The notes beneath the pieces were generated by a model. The model was not told the origin of the DNA. It worked only from the letters and a program-made list of their open reading frames with translations, and searched no databases. Below are positions 29,667 to 39,506 of a stretch of 64,000 bases of DNA, one piece after another. The translations under genes and the position numbers were made by a program. Each line of letters starts with the position of its first letter. The stretch's first letter is position 1. Origin of the DNA: Planctomycetota bacterium (GTDB lineage Bacteria > Planctomycetota > UBA1135 > UBA2386). The stretch covers positions 6,496,001 through 6,560,000 of the forward strand of contig OZ245838.1 in the NCBI GenBank assembly GCA_965228735.1, written 5' to 3'.

Positions 29667-32600
29667 ATGTCCATCCGCGTTGCCCTGCACCACCGAACGA
29701 GCTACTCGTACGACCGCCTCGTCGAGCTCGGCCCGCAGGTCGTCCGACTGCGCCCGGCGCCGCACTGCCGAACGCCGATCTCGGCGTACTCCCTGCGGGT
29801 GCGGCCGAAGAAGCACTTCCTCAACTGGCAGCAGGATCCCCTCGGCAATCACGTCGCGCGCTTCGTGTTCTCCGAGCCGACGCGCTCGCTCGAACTGGAG
29901 GTCGACCTCGTTGCCGACCTGCAGGTGATCAACCCGTTCGACTTCTTCCTCGAGCCGTTCGCGGAGGAGTTTCCGTTCACGTATCCCGCCCAACTCGCGC
30001 AGCAGCTCGCGCCGTTCCTGCGGCGGGACGAGGCCGGGCCGTTGTTCGCCGCGTTCCGTGGCGAGGTGGATCGGACGGCGCGGCCGACGACCGACTTCCT
30101 CGTGCTGATGAACCAGCACGTCAACCAGCGGCTGGAGTACGTCCTGCGGCACGACCCCGGTGTGCAGTCACCGGAGGAGACGTTGACGCTGGGCCGCGGC
30201 TCGTGTCGCGACTTCGCGCTGCTCCTGCTGCAGTTGCTGCGGCATCACGGGGTCGCGGCGCGCTTCGTTTCCGGCTACTCGATCCAACTCGTGGCCGACC
30301 AGAAGCCGCTCGAAGGTCCGGTGGGCGTCGCCGTCGATACCGTGGACCTGCACGCGTGGGTCGAAGCGTACTTGCCCGGGGCTGGCTGGGTCGGACTCGA
30401 CGCCACGAGCGGCCTGTTCGCTGGGGAAGGTCACATCCCACTCGCGTGCAGCGCCGAGCCGCACGATGCGTCGCCGATCGCCGGCAGCCTCGACGACTGC
30501 GAGACCGAGCTCGACATCACGATGACCGTGGAGCGTCTGCGGGACGTGCCACGCACGACCAAACCGTTCTCCGACGAGCTGTGGGATCGCCTGCTCCGCG
30601 TGGGCGACGCGGTCGACGAGCGTCTCGCTGCGGGCGACGTCAGGTTGACGATGGGGGGCGAACCGACGTTCGTGTCGATCGACGACTATGTCGGAGCCGA
30701 GTGGAACACGGCTGCCGTCGGCGGGGCCAAACTGGAGCTCGCGCACCGACTGATGGGACGCCTTCGCGACCGGTTCGCCGCCGGTGGCTTCGTGCAGTTC
30801 GGTCAGGGCAAGTGGTACCCGGGCGAGTCGTTGCCGCGCTGGGCGATGACGTGCTACTGGCGGCCGGACGGCGAACCGATCTGGCAGGACCCGCGGTGGA
30901 GTCACGATCCGTCGGCCACCGGTTCGCAGACGGTCGCGCAGGCGCGGCAGTTCGCGGAGACGTTGGCGAAGAACCTCGCGACCGATGCGTCGCACGTGCT
31001 CGCTGCGTTCGAAGATGTGGGCTACTATCTGTGGCGTGAGGGACGGTTGCCGGCCGACGTCGATCCGACGAACCCGGAACTCGAGGACGCCGAGGAGCGG
31101 GCGCGGATCGCACGGGTGTTCTCGCGCGGGCTCACGACTCCCGTGGGGTACGTGCTGCCGCTGCAGCGCGTCGCGGCCGGGAGTCGTCGAATCTGGCAGA
31201 GCGGCCTGTGGATGCTGCGCAGTAAACACGTGTTGCTCGCGCCGGGTGACTCGCCGGTCGGGCTGCGACTGCCGATGGCCTCGTTGCCGGCGAGATCGAC
31301 CGCGGCGTGGTCACCGGAGCAGCCGCGCGACCCGATGGAGCCGCGCGGTCCGCTGCCGCCCGCGGGCCGGGTGCAGCCGCAACGGGACACGACATCGGTC
31401 GACGGGCCGGACGGCGGGGCGCGCAGCGAGCAGGTGCCGCCGAGCGCGACCGCGGCGGCGGGTGACGCGGTTCGGACGGCATTGGTGGTCGAACTGCGCG
31501 ACGGCCGGGTGCACGTGTTCCTGCCGCCCGTCGCGTTGGCCGAGGATTTCCTCGATCTCGTGGCCACGGTGGAGCGGACCGCGGCGGAGGTCGGATTCGC
31601 GGTCGTCGTCGAGGGCTACCCGGCACCGCAGGATGACCGGCTCGCGCTGCTGCGGATCACGCCCGACCCCGGCGTGATCGAGGTCAACGTTCAGCCGGCT
31701 GCGTCGTGGCGCGAGCTGGTCGAACTGACGACCGGCCTGTACGAGGACGCCCGGCAGAGCCGACTCGGAACCGAGAAGTTCCTCGTGGACGGCCGGCCGA
31801 TGGGCACCGGCGGCGGCAATCATGTCGTCGTCGGGGCGGCTCGGCCGCAGGACAGTCCGTTCCTCCGGCGGCCCGATCTGCTGCGGAGTCTGCTCGGCTA
31901 CTGGCACAACCACCCGTCGCTCAGCTACCTGTTCTCGAGTCTGTTCATCGGCCCGACGAGCCAGTCGCCGCGGATCGACGAAGCCCGGCACGACTCCCTG
32001 CGCGAGCTGGAGATCGCGTTCGCGCAGATTCCCGACGGCGGCGGTGACGGATCGCGGCACTGTCCGCCGTGGCTCGTCGATCGCCTGTTCCGTCATCTGT
32101 TGGCCGACGCGTCGGGGAACACGCATCGGACCGAGTTCTGCATCGACAAGCTGTACTCGCCCGATTCGGCGAGCGGGCGACTCGGACTGCTCGAGCTGCG
32201 CGGTTTCGAGATGCCACCTCACCCGCGCATGAGCCTCGCCCAGCAGCTGCTCGTGCGGGCGGCCGTGGCGCGGTTCTGGGATGCGCCGTACCGCGCGCGT
32301 CTGACCCGCTGGGGTACGACGCTGCACGATCGGTTCCTGCTCCCGTACTTCGTGCGGCGGGACTTCGAGGCAGTGCTGCGCGAGTTCTCGGACCACGGAC
32401 TGCCGCTCGAGTGGGCGTGGTACGCGCCGCAGTTCGAGTTCCGGTTTCCGCGCGCCGGCGAGGTCACGGTCGACGACGTGCAGCTCGAGGTGCGGCATGC
32501 GCTCGAGCCTTGGCACGTGCTCGGTGAAGAGCCGGGTGGCGGCGGCACGACCCGGTTCGTCGATTCGTCGCTCGAGCGCGTGCAGGTCATGCTGACGGGG

Positions 32601-33002
32601 CTGTCCGACGTCGATCGGCACGCGCTGGTGTGCAACGGGGTCCGGGTGCCGCTCACGGCGACGCACGTACGCGGACAGGCCGTGGCCGGAATCCGATTCC
32701 GGGCGTGGCAGCCGCCGAACTGCCTGCACCCGACGATCGGCGTCAACGACCCGCTCGAGTTCGAGCTGTTCGACGAGGTGGAACAGCGCGCGCTGGGCGG
32801 TTGCGCCTACCACGTCGCCCATCCCGGCGGCCGCAGCCATGAGGCGCCGCCGACCACGGCCTACGAAGCCGAGGGGCGTCGGCTCGCGCGGTTCGTGCCG
32901 TTCGGCCATACGCCGGGTCGGGCGGCGCCGCGCGCGGTGGACCGTGACCCAGAGGGCCCGATCACTCTGGATCTGCGACAGGCGGCGCGAGCAGCACGCT
33001 GA
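29667..33002 (+). CDS. Transglutaminase-like + DUF2126 (putative amidoligase) protein
   Basis: GSCRDF/LHAWVE/LDAT triad; LTMGGEPTF, TPDPGVIEVN, GTGGGNH, ELRGFEMPP; GGAGGT RBS. Confidence 0.92.
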   Translation: MSIRVALHHRTSYSYDRLVELGPQVVRLRPAPHCRTPISAYSLRVRPKKHFLNWQQDPLGNHVARFVFSEPTRSLELEVDLVADLQVINPFDFFLEPFAEEFPFTYPAQLAQQLAPFLRRDEAGPLFAAFRGEVDRTARPTTDFLVLMNQHVNQRLEYVLRHDPGVQSPEETLTLGRGSCRDFALLLLQLLRHHGVAARFVSGYSIQLVADQKPLEGPVGVAVDTVDLHAWVEAYLPGAGWVGLDATSGLFAGEGHIPLACSAEPHDASPIAGSLDDCETELDITMTVERLRDVPRTTKPFSDELWDRLLRVGDAVDERLAAGDVRLTMGGEPTFVSIDDYVGAEWNTAAVGGAKLELAHRLMGRLRDRFAAGGFVQFGQGKWYPGESLPRWAMTCYWRPDGEPIWQDPRWSHDPSATGSQTVAQARQFAETLAKNLATDASHVLAAFEDVGYYLWREGRLPADVDPTNPELEDAEERARIARVFSRGLTTPVGYVLPLQRVAAGSRRIWQSGLWMLRSKHVLLAPGDSPVGLRLPMASLPARSTAAWSPEQPRDPMEPRGPLPPAGRVQPQRDTTSVDGPDGGARSEQVPPSATAAAGDAVRTALVVELRDGRVHVFLPPVALAEDFLDLVATVERTAAEVGFAVVVEGYPAPQDDRLALLRITPDPGVIEVNVQPAASWRELVELTTGLYEDARQSRLGTEKFLVDGRPMGTGGGNHVVVGAARPQDSPFLRRPDLLRSLLGYWHNHPSLSYLFSSLFIGPTSQSPRIDEARHDSLRELEIAFAQIPDGGGDGSRHCPPWLVDRLFRHLLADASGNTHRTEFCIDKLYSPDSASGRLGLLELRGFEMPPHPRMSLAQQLLVRAAVARFWDAPYRARLTRWGTTLHDRFLLPYFVRRDFEAVLREFSDHGLPLEWAWYAPQFEFRFPRAGEVTVDDVQLEVRHALEPWHVLGEEPGGGGTTRFVDSSLERVQVMLTGLSDVDRHALVCNGVRVPLTATHVRGQAVAGIRFRAWQPPNCLHPTIGVNDPLEFELFDEVEQRALGGCAYHVAHPGGRSHEAPPTTAYEAEGRRLARFVPFGHTPGRAAPRAVDRDPEGPITLDLRQAARAAR

Positions 33003-34809
33003 GTCGCAGGGCGCGCGCGAGCGTGACCAGAGCGCGACGTCCCGCCTCGCTCGTGCCGTGCTCGTTCACGCCCGGCGCGAATACCGTGATCCCGGCGCAG
33101 CCCGGCGACACCGCGACGATGGCGCCGGAGATGCCGCTCTTGGCCGGCAGACCGACATCGAAGGCGAATCGCCCCGACTCGTCGTGCAGGCCGCATGTGT
33201 ACATCACGCTGAGCGTCTGGCGAACGACGGCCTGGTCCAGTAGGCGGTCGCCCGTGGCCGGATCCAACCCGCCGCTGGCCAGAACGGCCGCCATGCGCGC
33301 GAGCTCGGTCGTGCCCGACCGGATCGCGCACTGGTGGAAGTAGAGCTCGAGCGCATGCTCGACCTCGGCGACGACGCCGTGGGCGCGCAGCAGGCTCGCG
33401 ATCGCCCGGTTGCGGTCGCCGCCGACCCGCTCCGCGGCCAACACCACGGCATCGACCTCGAGTCGGTCCACGCCGGCGAGCCTGGCGAAGTCGCGGAGCT
33501 GTGTCGCGACGCGGTCCGCCAACGCCGCGCCGGGGACGGTGCTCGCCACGGCGATGGCGCCCGCGTTGCCGAGCGGGTTGTGTGGCCGGTGCAGGACGGG
33601 GTCGAGGAAGATCTCGTGGAACGGGTTCCCGCTGGCCTCGACGCCTGCGAGTTCGCGGATCCGGTCGCCGCCATGCCGTTCGAGCGCCAACGCGTGGCCG
33701 AACACGTTCGCGGCCGCCTGCATCGCAAAGCGGGTCGCGATCCCGGCCTGGACCACGACGCCGGCGGTCGTGACGAGGCTGATGTCGACCTCTTCGTCCC
33801 GGGCGACGGTCTCGACGAGGGCTTGCAATGCCGGCCCATCCGGCAGGGTCGGCTCCGCGCGCGGTGCCGGCGGCACGTTGCGCGGCGAGAAGATGTGCAA
33901 CCCCATCGACGTCGACAGCTCACGGAGTGCGGCGACGCCACGGACCGGGTTGCCGCGGGCGTCGAGCCGCGGCGACCAGGCCGCGAGCCCCATTCGGCCG
34001 GGAACGACCGCGAAGATCGCGCCGGAGACGCCGCTCTTCGCCGGCAGGCCCACGTCGTGCAGGAACGCCCCCGCGCCATCGTACAGGCCGCAGGTCGACA
34101 TCACCGCCACCACGTCGCGCGCGACCTCCGGCGTGACGACCTGTTCGCCGCTCACCGGGTTGTGGCCGCCGTCCGCCAGCGTCGCCGCCATGACCGCGAG
34201 CTCGCGGCAGGTCACGAGGATCGCGCACTGCTGGAAGTAGAGGTCGAGTGCGGCGGCGACATCGACGTCGATGACGCCGTGATAGCGCAACAGGTAGGCG
34301 ATCGCGCGGTTCTGATCGCCCGTGTCCCGCTCCGACAGGTACGTCGCCGAGTCGACGTGCAGCTCGGCAGCCGCGAACTGCCCGAACGATCGCAGCATCG
34401 TCGCGATCGGCGCGTCGTCCGTTGCGGCGGCCAGGAGGCCCGATACCGCGATCGCGCCGGCGTTGATCATCGGGTTGTGCGGTCGGTGCGTACCGGTCTC
34501 GAGCCGCACGATGGAATCGAACGAGCGGCCCGTGGGCTCGACGCCGATCTTGTCGCATACCGCGTCGCGGCCGAGTCGCTGCAGGGCGCCGGCGTACGCG
34601 AACGGTTTGGACGTCGACTGCAGCGAGAACCGCGCGGCGCTGTCGCCGACCTCGGCGATCTCGCCACCAACGGTGCACGCGGCGATCCCGTACTGCTCCG
34701 GGTCGGCCTCGGCGAGCCGCGGAATGTAGTCGGCGACCGCGCCGTCCCGCAGCTCGGCGGTCCGAGCGAGCGCGTCCCGCAGCGCTTGTTGGAGGTCAGA
34801 CGTGGCCAT
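32962..34809 (-). CDS. glsA: Glutaminase A family, tandem two-domain
   Basis: ADYIP.L, QSTSKPF, HNPMINAGAI, PAKSGVSG; second copy HNPLGNAGAI, PAKSGISG. Confidence 0.88.
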   Translation of the reverse strand: MATSDLQQALRDALARTAELRDGAVADYIPRLAEADPEQYGIAACTVGGEIAEVGDSAARFSLQSTSKPFAYAGALQRLGRDAVCDKIGVEPTGRSFDSIVRLETGTHRPHNPMINAGAIAVSGLLAAATDDAPIATMLRSFGQFAAAELHVDSATYLSERDTGDQNRAIAYLLRYHGVIDVDVAAALDLYFQQCAILVTCRELAVMAATLADGGHNPVSGEQVVTPEVARDVVAVMSTCGLYDGAGAFLHDVGLPAKSGVSGAIFAVVPGRMGLAAWSPRLDARGNPVRGVAALRELSTSMGLHIFSPRNVPPAPRAEPTLPDGPALQALVETVARDEEVDISLVTTAGVVVQAGIATRFAMQAAANVFGHALALERHGGDRIRELAGVEASGNPFHEIFLDPVLHRPHNPLGNAGAIAVASTVPGAALADRVATQLRDFARLAGVDRLEVDAVVLAAERVGGDRNRAIASLLRAHGVVAEVEHALELYFHQCAIRSGTTELARMAAVLASGGLDPATGDRLLDQAVVRQTLSVMYTCGLHDESGRFAFDVGLPAKSGISGAIVAVSPGCAGITVFAPGVNEHGTSEAGRRALVTLARALRLSVLLAPPVADPE

Positions 34810-36826
34810 CAATAACGGGTGTCACCCGCACCTCGATCTCCAGCTTCTCGCCGCCGCCACCGCGGTAGATCGTGCCGGAGGTCGGCGTGGCATCGCGGAA
34901 GTGCCGGCCGGATGCTACGCGGATGTGGTCGTGGTCGACGATGCACCCGTTGGTCGGGTCGAGGCCCTTCCAGCCGAGCCAGGGGAGGAACACCTCGACC
35001 CACGCGTGCGACGCGTCGGACTGCAGCTTGTTCTCGTAGTTGCCGCCCGTGTAGATGTAGCCGACGCGATAGCGGGCCGGGACGTTGAGCAGTCGCGCGA
35101 GACAGATCAGCAGGTTCGCGAAGTCCTGACAGACCCCGCGGCGGGTGGTGTAAACCTCGAACGGCGTCGTCTCGACGGACGTGATGCCCTGCACGTAGGC
35201 GTAGTCGCGGTAGATCGAGGTGTTGATGTCGAGCAGCGTCTCGACGATGTCGTAGTCCTGGCGCTCGACGAAGCTCATGGCGTAGTCGAACAGCTCCTGC
35301 AGTTGGGATTCGGGCAGCTCCATCGGCAGCAGGTACGGCAGCATCATCTGCCGCTGCCAGGGCATCCAGGACAGCGGCACGCTCGTGCGCCGGTGCGGGG
35401 AACGCAGCTCGCCGACGGGCATCGCGTGGACCCGGACGCGCGAACGCGCGACGAACGCCATCTTCGGCGCCGACCCCTCGATCTCGATACGGGTCGCGAA
35501 GTTGCCGAACACGTCCTCGTGCTCGAACTGCGCGGTGAGCGGTTCGATGTCGAGATCGTACGACAGCACCTCCTGGAACCGGTCGTGAACGGGCCGCACC
35601 CGCAGGACGTGCCGGCTGAACTCGACGGGCGTCTCGTACTCGTAGCGCGTCGCGTGCAGCACGTCGTACACGCGCACCGAGTCGGTCGGGGACGGCGCGG
35701 CATCGGGAGACGGCGCCGAGGGCGCGCCGGGCGCGGTGGGCGAGTCGGCCGAGGTCAGGGTCGGGTCGGGCCCGTTCGCGGCTGCTTCGCCCTCGGGCGC
35801 CGCTCCGGGACCGGTGGGCGGCGGGTCGTTGACGGCGGCCGGCGCCGCCGTCTGCTGCTGCAGTGTCGGTGCCAGCCCGGCCTCGGCCGGCAGGTCGAGG
35901 GGCCCGACGGGACCCGCCGCCGGCGCGGCTGCGGCCTCGCCCAAGATCGAGGAGGGCGGGACCGAGGAGGGCGGGACCGCGGAGGGTAGGGCCACGTCGG
36001 CTGTCGCCGGGGCGGTCGCGCTGTCCCAGAGGACGGCGCCGCGGCAGATGGCGAGCATCTGGCCGGGCGTCATCCGCTGCCAGTTCCCCGGCTCGTCGCC
36101 GGCGTCCGCGAGTTGATCGGTCGAGACCAGCACGGCCGTGCGGCTCCGGTCCCGAACGCCACCGAGGTCGAGTTCGACGTCGTCGCCCGTCAGGAGCGTG
36201 GCGGCGTGTGGCGGGCAGCGCCGCGTCCAGTGCATCGGTGCGTGGCCGCCCTGGTCCTGATACGCGACGAGATGGGAGCCGTCCGAGATCAGCATGTTGA
36301 ACGTGCCGACCTGGTTGGCCTCGCCGAGCCACGCATGCAGGCGCTCCCATCCGATCTCGGCCAGCCGGTCGATGTCGTGTTCGCGGCACCGCTGCAGCAA
36401 CCAGCACAGGACGTGTTCGGTGTCGGTCCGGCCAACGGGTTCGAAGGCCGGTCGGTCGCCGAGCGGCAAGGCTGCCGCGAAGCCCGCGTCGAGCTGGCCG
36501 TGGTGCGTCATCACCCAGTCGCGGCCCGCATGACTGCGCGCGAACGGGTGCGTGTTCTCCTGCGAGATCCGGGCCGCGGCGCCGCGCAGGTGACCGACGA
36601 ACACAGTCGAGCGGAACCGGGTCCAGTCGCGCAGCAGCTGCGTCGACGCGCCGTCGGAGGACGCGGCCGGGTCCTTGACGACGGTCGCGGCGCGGTCGCT
36701 CGCGGCGTACCAGGCCATGCCCCAGCCGTAGGGTCGCTGGCGATCGGCGCGATCGGCCCGCGTGTAGAGCAGCGTCATGAGCGGCGATGCCGCGGCGTCG
36801 AACGACATGCCGAGGAGTTTGCTCAC
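34796..36826 (-). CDS. Class II glutamine amidotransferase (Ntn, YafJ/EgtC-like) fused to transglutaminase
   Basis: GTG start MSKLLGMSFD; GWG, HLR, ENTHPF, G.TDTE; C-terminal GVCQDF/SHAWVE/LDPTN. Confidence 0.88.
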   Translation of the reverse strand: MSKLLGMSFDAAASPLMTLLYTRADRADRQRPYGWGMAWYAASDRAATVVKDPAASSDGASTQLLRDWTRFRSTVFVGHLRGAAARISQENTHPFARSHAGRDWVMTHHGQLDAGFAAALPLGDRPAFEPVGRTDTEHVLCWLLQRCREHDIDRLAEIGWERLHAWLGEANQVGTFNMLISDGSHLVAYQDQGGHAPMHWTRRCPPHAATLLTGDDVELDLGGVRDRSRTAVLVSTDQLADAGDEPGNWQRMTPGQMLAICRGAVLWDSATAPATADVALPSAVPPSSVPPSSILGEAAAAPAAGPVGPLDLPAEAGLAPTLQQQTAAPAAVNDPPPTGPGAAPEGEAAANGPDPTLTSADSPTAPGAPSAPSPDAAPSPTDSVRVYDVLHATRYEYETPVEFSRHVLRVRPVHDRFQEVLSYDLDIEPLTAQFEHEDVFGNFATRIEIEGSAPKMAFVARSRVRVHAMPVGELRSPHRRTSVPLSWMPWQRQMMLPYLLPMELPESQLQELFDYAMSFVERQDYDIVETLLDINTSIYRDYAYVQGITSVETTPFEVYTTRRGVCQDFANLLICLARLLNVPARYRVGYIYTGGNYENKLQSDASHAWVEVFLPWLGWKGLDPTNGCIVDHDHIRVASGRHFRDATPTSGTIYRGGGGEKLEIEVRVTPVIDGHV

Positions 36827-37821
36827 TGACCGACTCCGCCGGCCCGATCGGCCTCCTGCTCGGCGAGAGTGGGGTCGAAGAAGTCCGCGCGGACCTGCAG
36901 ACACAGGTTGGCGATGCCGTCGATCATGTAGGTGAGTTCGTCGTGGAGCGCGAAGCCGAAGAGCTGCGTGCCCGACTCGTGCCGCAGCCGGGTCCGCAGG
37001 GCGTCCAGCATTGTAGCCGACTCCTCGCCGCGCTTGCCGTCGCTCAGCTCGCGCACGTAGGCGATGGAATCGGCGGCGCGGACCAGGCAGTGGCGGACGG
37101 AGCGCGGCAGGTCGCGTTCGAGCAGCAGGAACTGAGCGACCGCTGCGCCGGAGAGCGTGAGCCCGCGCTTGAAGAACGACTCGGTCGCCGTCAGCGTCCG
37201 CAGCAGCGCGAGCCAGTGCGCGGCCTCGGCCGGCGACTCGCCCTGACTCGGGTCGGTCGGCCCGAGATGGTGGTGCTTGACGTCGAGCAGGCGAGCCGTC
37301 TGGCTGGCGCGTTCGAGCAGCATCCCGAGCCGCATGAAGTGGAAGGCCTCGTCGTGTAGGATCGTGCCGTGCGTCAGTGCACGCAGGAGCTCGACCTCCC
37401 GTCGGACCCGGGAGTAGAACTCGAGGGCGTCCTTCTCGAACAGCCGCCGCCCCTTGCCGTCCGTCAGCCACAGCCAGAGGCCGTTGATGGCGAGCCACAT
37501 CTCGAGGCTGATGGTCTCTCGGACCGTGCGGGCGTTCTCCCGGGCCAACGTCACCATCTGGACGACCGAGGCGAAGTTGTCCGGGTCCCAGACGAGGTAG
37601 TCCTGGACGATCTGGCCGTCGGTCGCGGCTGCGGCATCGTGGCGTTCGAGAAAGCCCGGCTCTTCGCCGGCAGCGATGAGCAGCGCGCGCCAGCTGTCCT
37701 TGGCCGAGACCTGCAGATCGAGCACGCTCGACAGGTTGACCTCGATCATGCCGGCCGTGCTGCCGGCACGTTCGAGATAGCGGTGCAGCCAGAAACAGTT
37801 CTCCGCGACGCGCGAGATCAT
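36823..37821 (-). CDS. Alpha-E domain protein
   Basis: MISRVAENCFWL.RYLERA, ARENARTVRE.IS.E.W, LERA..TAR.LDVK, PRSV. Confidence 0.92.
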   Translation of the reverse strand: MISRVAENCFWLHRYLERAGSTAGMIEVNLSSVLDLQVSAKDSWRALLIAAGEEPGFLERHDAAAATDGQIVQDYLVWDPDNFASVVQMVTLARENARTVRETISLEMWLAINGLWLWLTDGKGRRLFEKDALEFYSRVRREVELLRALTHGTILHDEAFHFMRLGMLLERASQTARLLDVKHHHLGPTDPSQGESPAEAAHWLALLRTLTATESFFKRGLTLSGAAVAQFLLLERDLPRSVRHCLVRAADSIAYVRELSDGKRGEESATMLDALRTRLRHESGTQLFGFALHDELTYMIDGIANLCLQVRADFFDPTLAEQEADRAGGVGQ

Positions 37822-39293
37822 GACTGCTCCTTCAGGACCCAGGTGTCCTTGGACCCGCCGCCCTGGCTGGAGTTGACCACGTACGAGCCCTCCTTGAGGG
37901 CCACCCTGGTGAGGCCGCCGGGCAGGACCCAACTCGACTTGCCCGTCACGATGTAGGGGCGAAGGTCGACCCGGCGGGGCGCGACCCCGCGCGAGGACCA
38001 CGTCGGGCAGGTGCTGAACTCGACCAGCGGCTGCGCGATGTAGTTGTGTGGTCTTGCCGCGACCTGGCGCGCCATGGCCTTGATCTCGGCCTTGGTCGCC
38101 GTCGGGCCGACGCACATGCCGTAGCCGCCGGCGCCCGCGACCTCCTTGACCACGAGATCGGCGATATTGTCGAGCACGTAGCGGCGATCGTCCGGTTCGG
38201 AGCAGCGGTAGGTCGCGACCTGCGGCAGCAGCGGTTCCTCACCGAGGTAGAACCGGATCATCTCGGGCACGAACGGATACATCGCCTTGTCGTCGGCGAT
38301 GCCGTTGCCGACGGCGTTGGCGATCGTGACGTTGCCCGCGGCGTACGCACGCATCAGACCGCAGACTCCGAGCGCGCTGTCCTCGCGGAACATCTCGGGA
38401 TCGAGGAACAGGTCGTCGACCCGGCGATAGACCACGTGCACGCGGCGGGGGCCCTGCGTCGTCTTGACCCACAGGCAGTCGTCGTGCACGAACAGGTCGC
38501 GACCCTCGACGAGCAGGCAGCCCATGAGCCGCGCGAGGAAGCTGTGCTCGAAATACGCCGAGTTGAAGATGCCGGGGGTCAGGACCGCGATGTTGGTGTC
38601 CGCCGGGTCGATCGGTGAGACCGAGAGCAGCGCCTCACGCAACCGCATCGCGTAGTCGTCGACCGTTTCGACCTGGGCAAGCTGGAAGATCAGCGGGAAC
38701 AGCCGCTTCATCACCGAGCGGTTCTCGAGCACGTAGGACACCCCGGACGGGACACGCAGATTGTCCTCGAGCACGACGAACTCGCCGTCCTGCCGCCGCA
38801 GCAGGTCGACGCCGGCGATGTGGACCGAGACGCCGTGCGGCTTCGTCAGTCCGCGCACCTCCGGCACGAAGCCGCTGCACTGCTCCACGAGCTCGCGCGG
38901 GATCCGTTCCGCCTGCAGGATCTCCTGATCGCCGTAGATGTCCTCGAGGAAGCGGTTGAGCGCGGTCACGCGCTGGATCAGCCCGCGCTCCAGGGGCGCC
39001 CAGTCGGCCGCCGAGATGACCCTCGGGATCAGGTCGAACGGGAAGGTCTTCTCCGTGCCCCGACGGTCGGAGTAGACCGAGAAGGTCACCCCGCCGCGGC
39101 GGAACGCCGAATCCGCGAGGCGCTGGCGCTGCCGGAAGTCACCGCGATCGATCTGGAGCAACAGGCGCGCGACGTGAGCCGCATCCGAGTGCGGCGATCC
39201 GTTCTCGTCGAACAGTTCGTCGAACGCGTCCGCGGGTTCGTATCCGTCGAGTAGCCCTGCCGCCGGCTCACCCCTGCGTGATCTGCCTGCCAT
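37818..39293 (-). CDS. Circularly permuted type 2 ATP-grasp protein
   Basis: PFDLIPR, VLEDNLRVPSGVSY, NSAYFEH, DLRPY, PGGLTRVAL, VNSSQGGGSKDTWV. Confidence 0.94.
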   Translation of the reverse strand: MAGRSRRGEPAAGLLDGYEPADAFDELFDENGSPHSDAAHVARLLLQIDRGDFRQRQRLADSAFRRGGVTFSVYSDRRGTEKTFPFDLIPRVISAADWAPLERGLIQRVTALNRFLEDIYGDQEILQAERIPRELVEQCSGFVPEVRGLTKPHGVSVHIAGVDLLRRQDGEFVVLEDNLRVPSGVSYVLENRSVMKRLFPLIFQLAQVETVDDYAMRLREALLSVSPIDPADTNIAVLTPGIFNSAYFEHSFLARLMGCLLVEGRDLFVHDDCLWVKTTQGPRRVHVVYRRVDDLFLDPEMFREDSALGVCGLMRAYAAGNVTIANAVGNGIADDKAMYPFVPEMIRFYLGEEPLLPQVATYRCSEPDDRRYVLDNIADLVVKEVAGAGGYGMCVGPTATKAEIKAMARQVAARPHNYIAQPLVEFSTCPTWSSRGVAPRRVDLRPYIVTGKSSWVLPGGLTRVALKEGSYVVNSSQGGGSKDTWVLKEQS

Positions 39294-39506
39294 TGGGCCG
39301 ACTAGACGGCTTCGGCGCCGTGAGTCACGCACGAACGCGGATTGCCGCCGCCCCCGCGGAGTGCGGTTCGGTGGCTACGGGATTCCCTCGATCCGCCCGT
39401 GGCACCGACCGGACTGCGTCGGGATGGACAACTGCCTCAATTCGAGAGCGGGTGCGGACCGATAGATCGCCGGGAACGCTCGCTCGGCGAGCAGGAGTCA
39501 AGCGCC

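Noticed and set aside
32962..33002. 41-bp convergent overlap as a regulatory feature
   Set aside because: Short 3' overlaps are common in GC-rich genomes; no further support.
39400..39418. Sigma54 promoter upstream of pilM (TGGCAC)
   Set aside because: No TTGC at the required -12 spacing.
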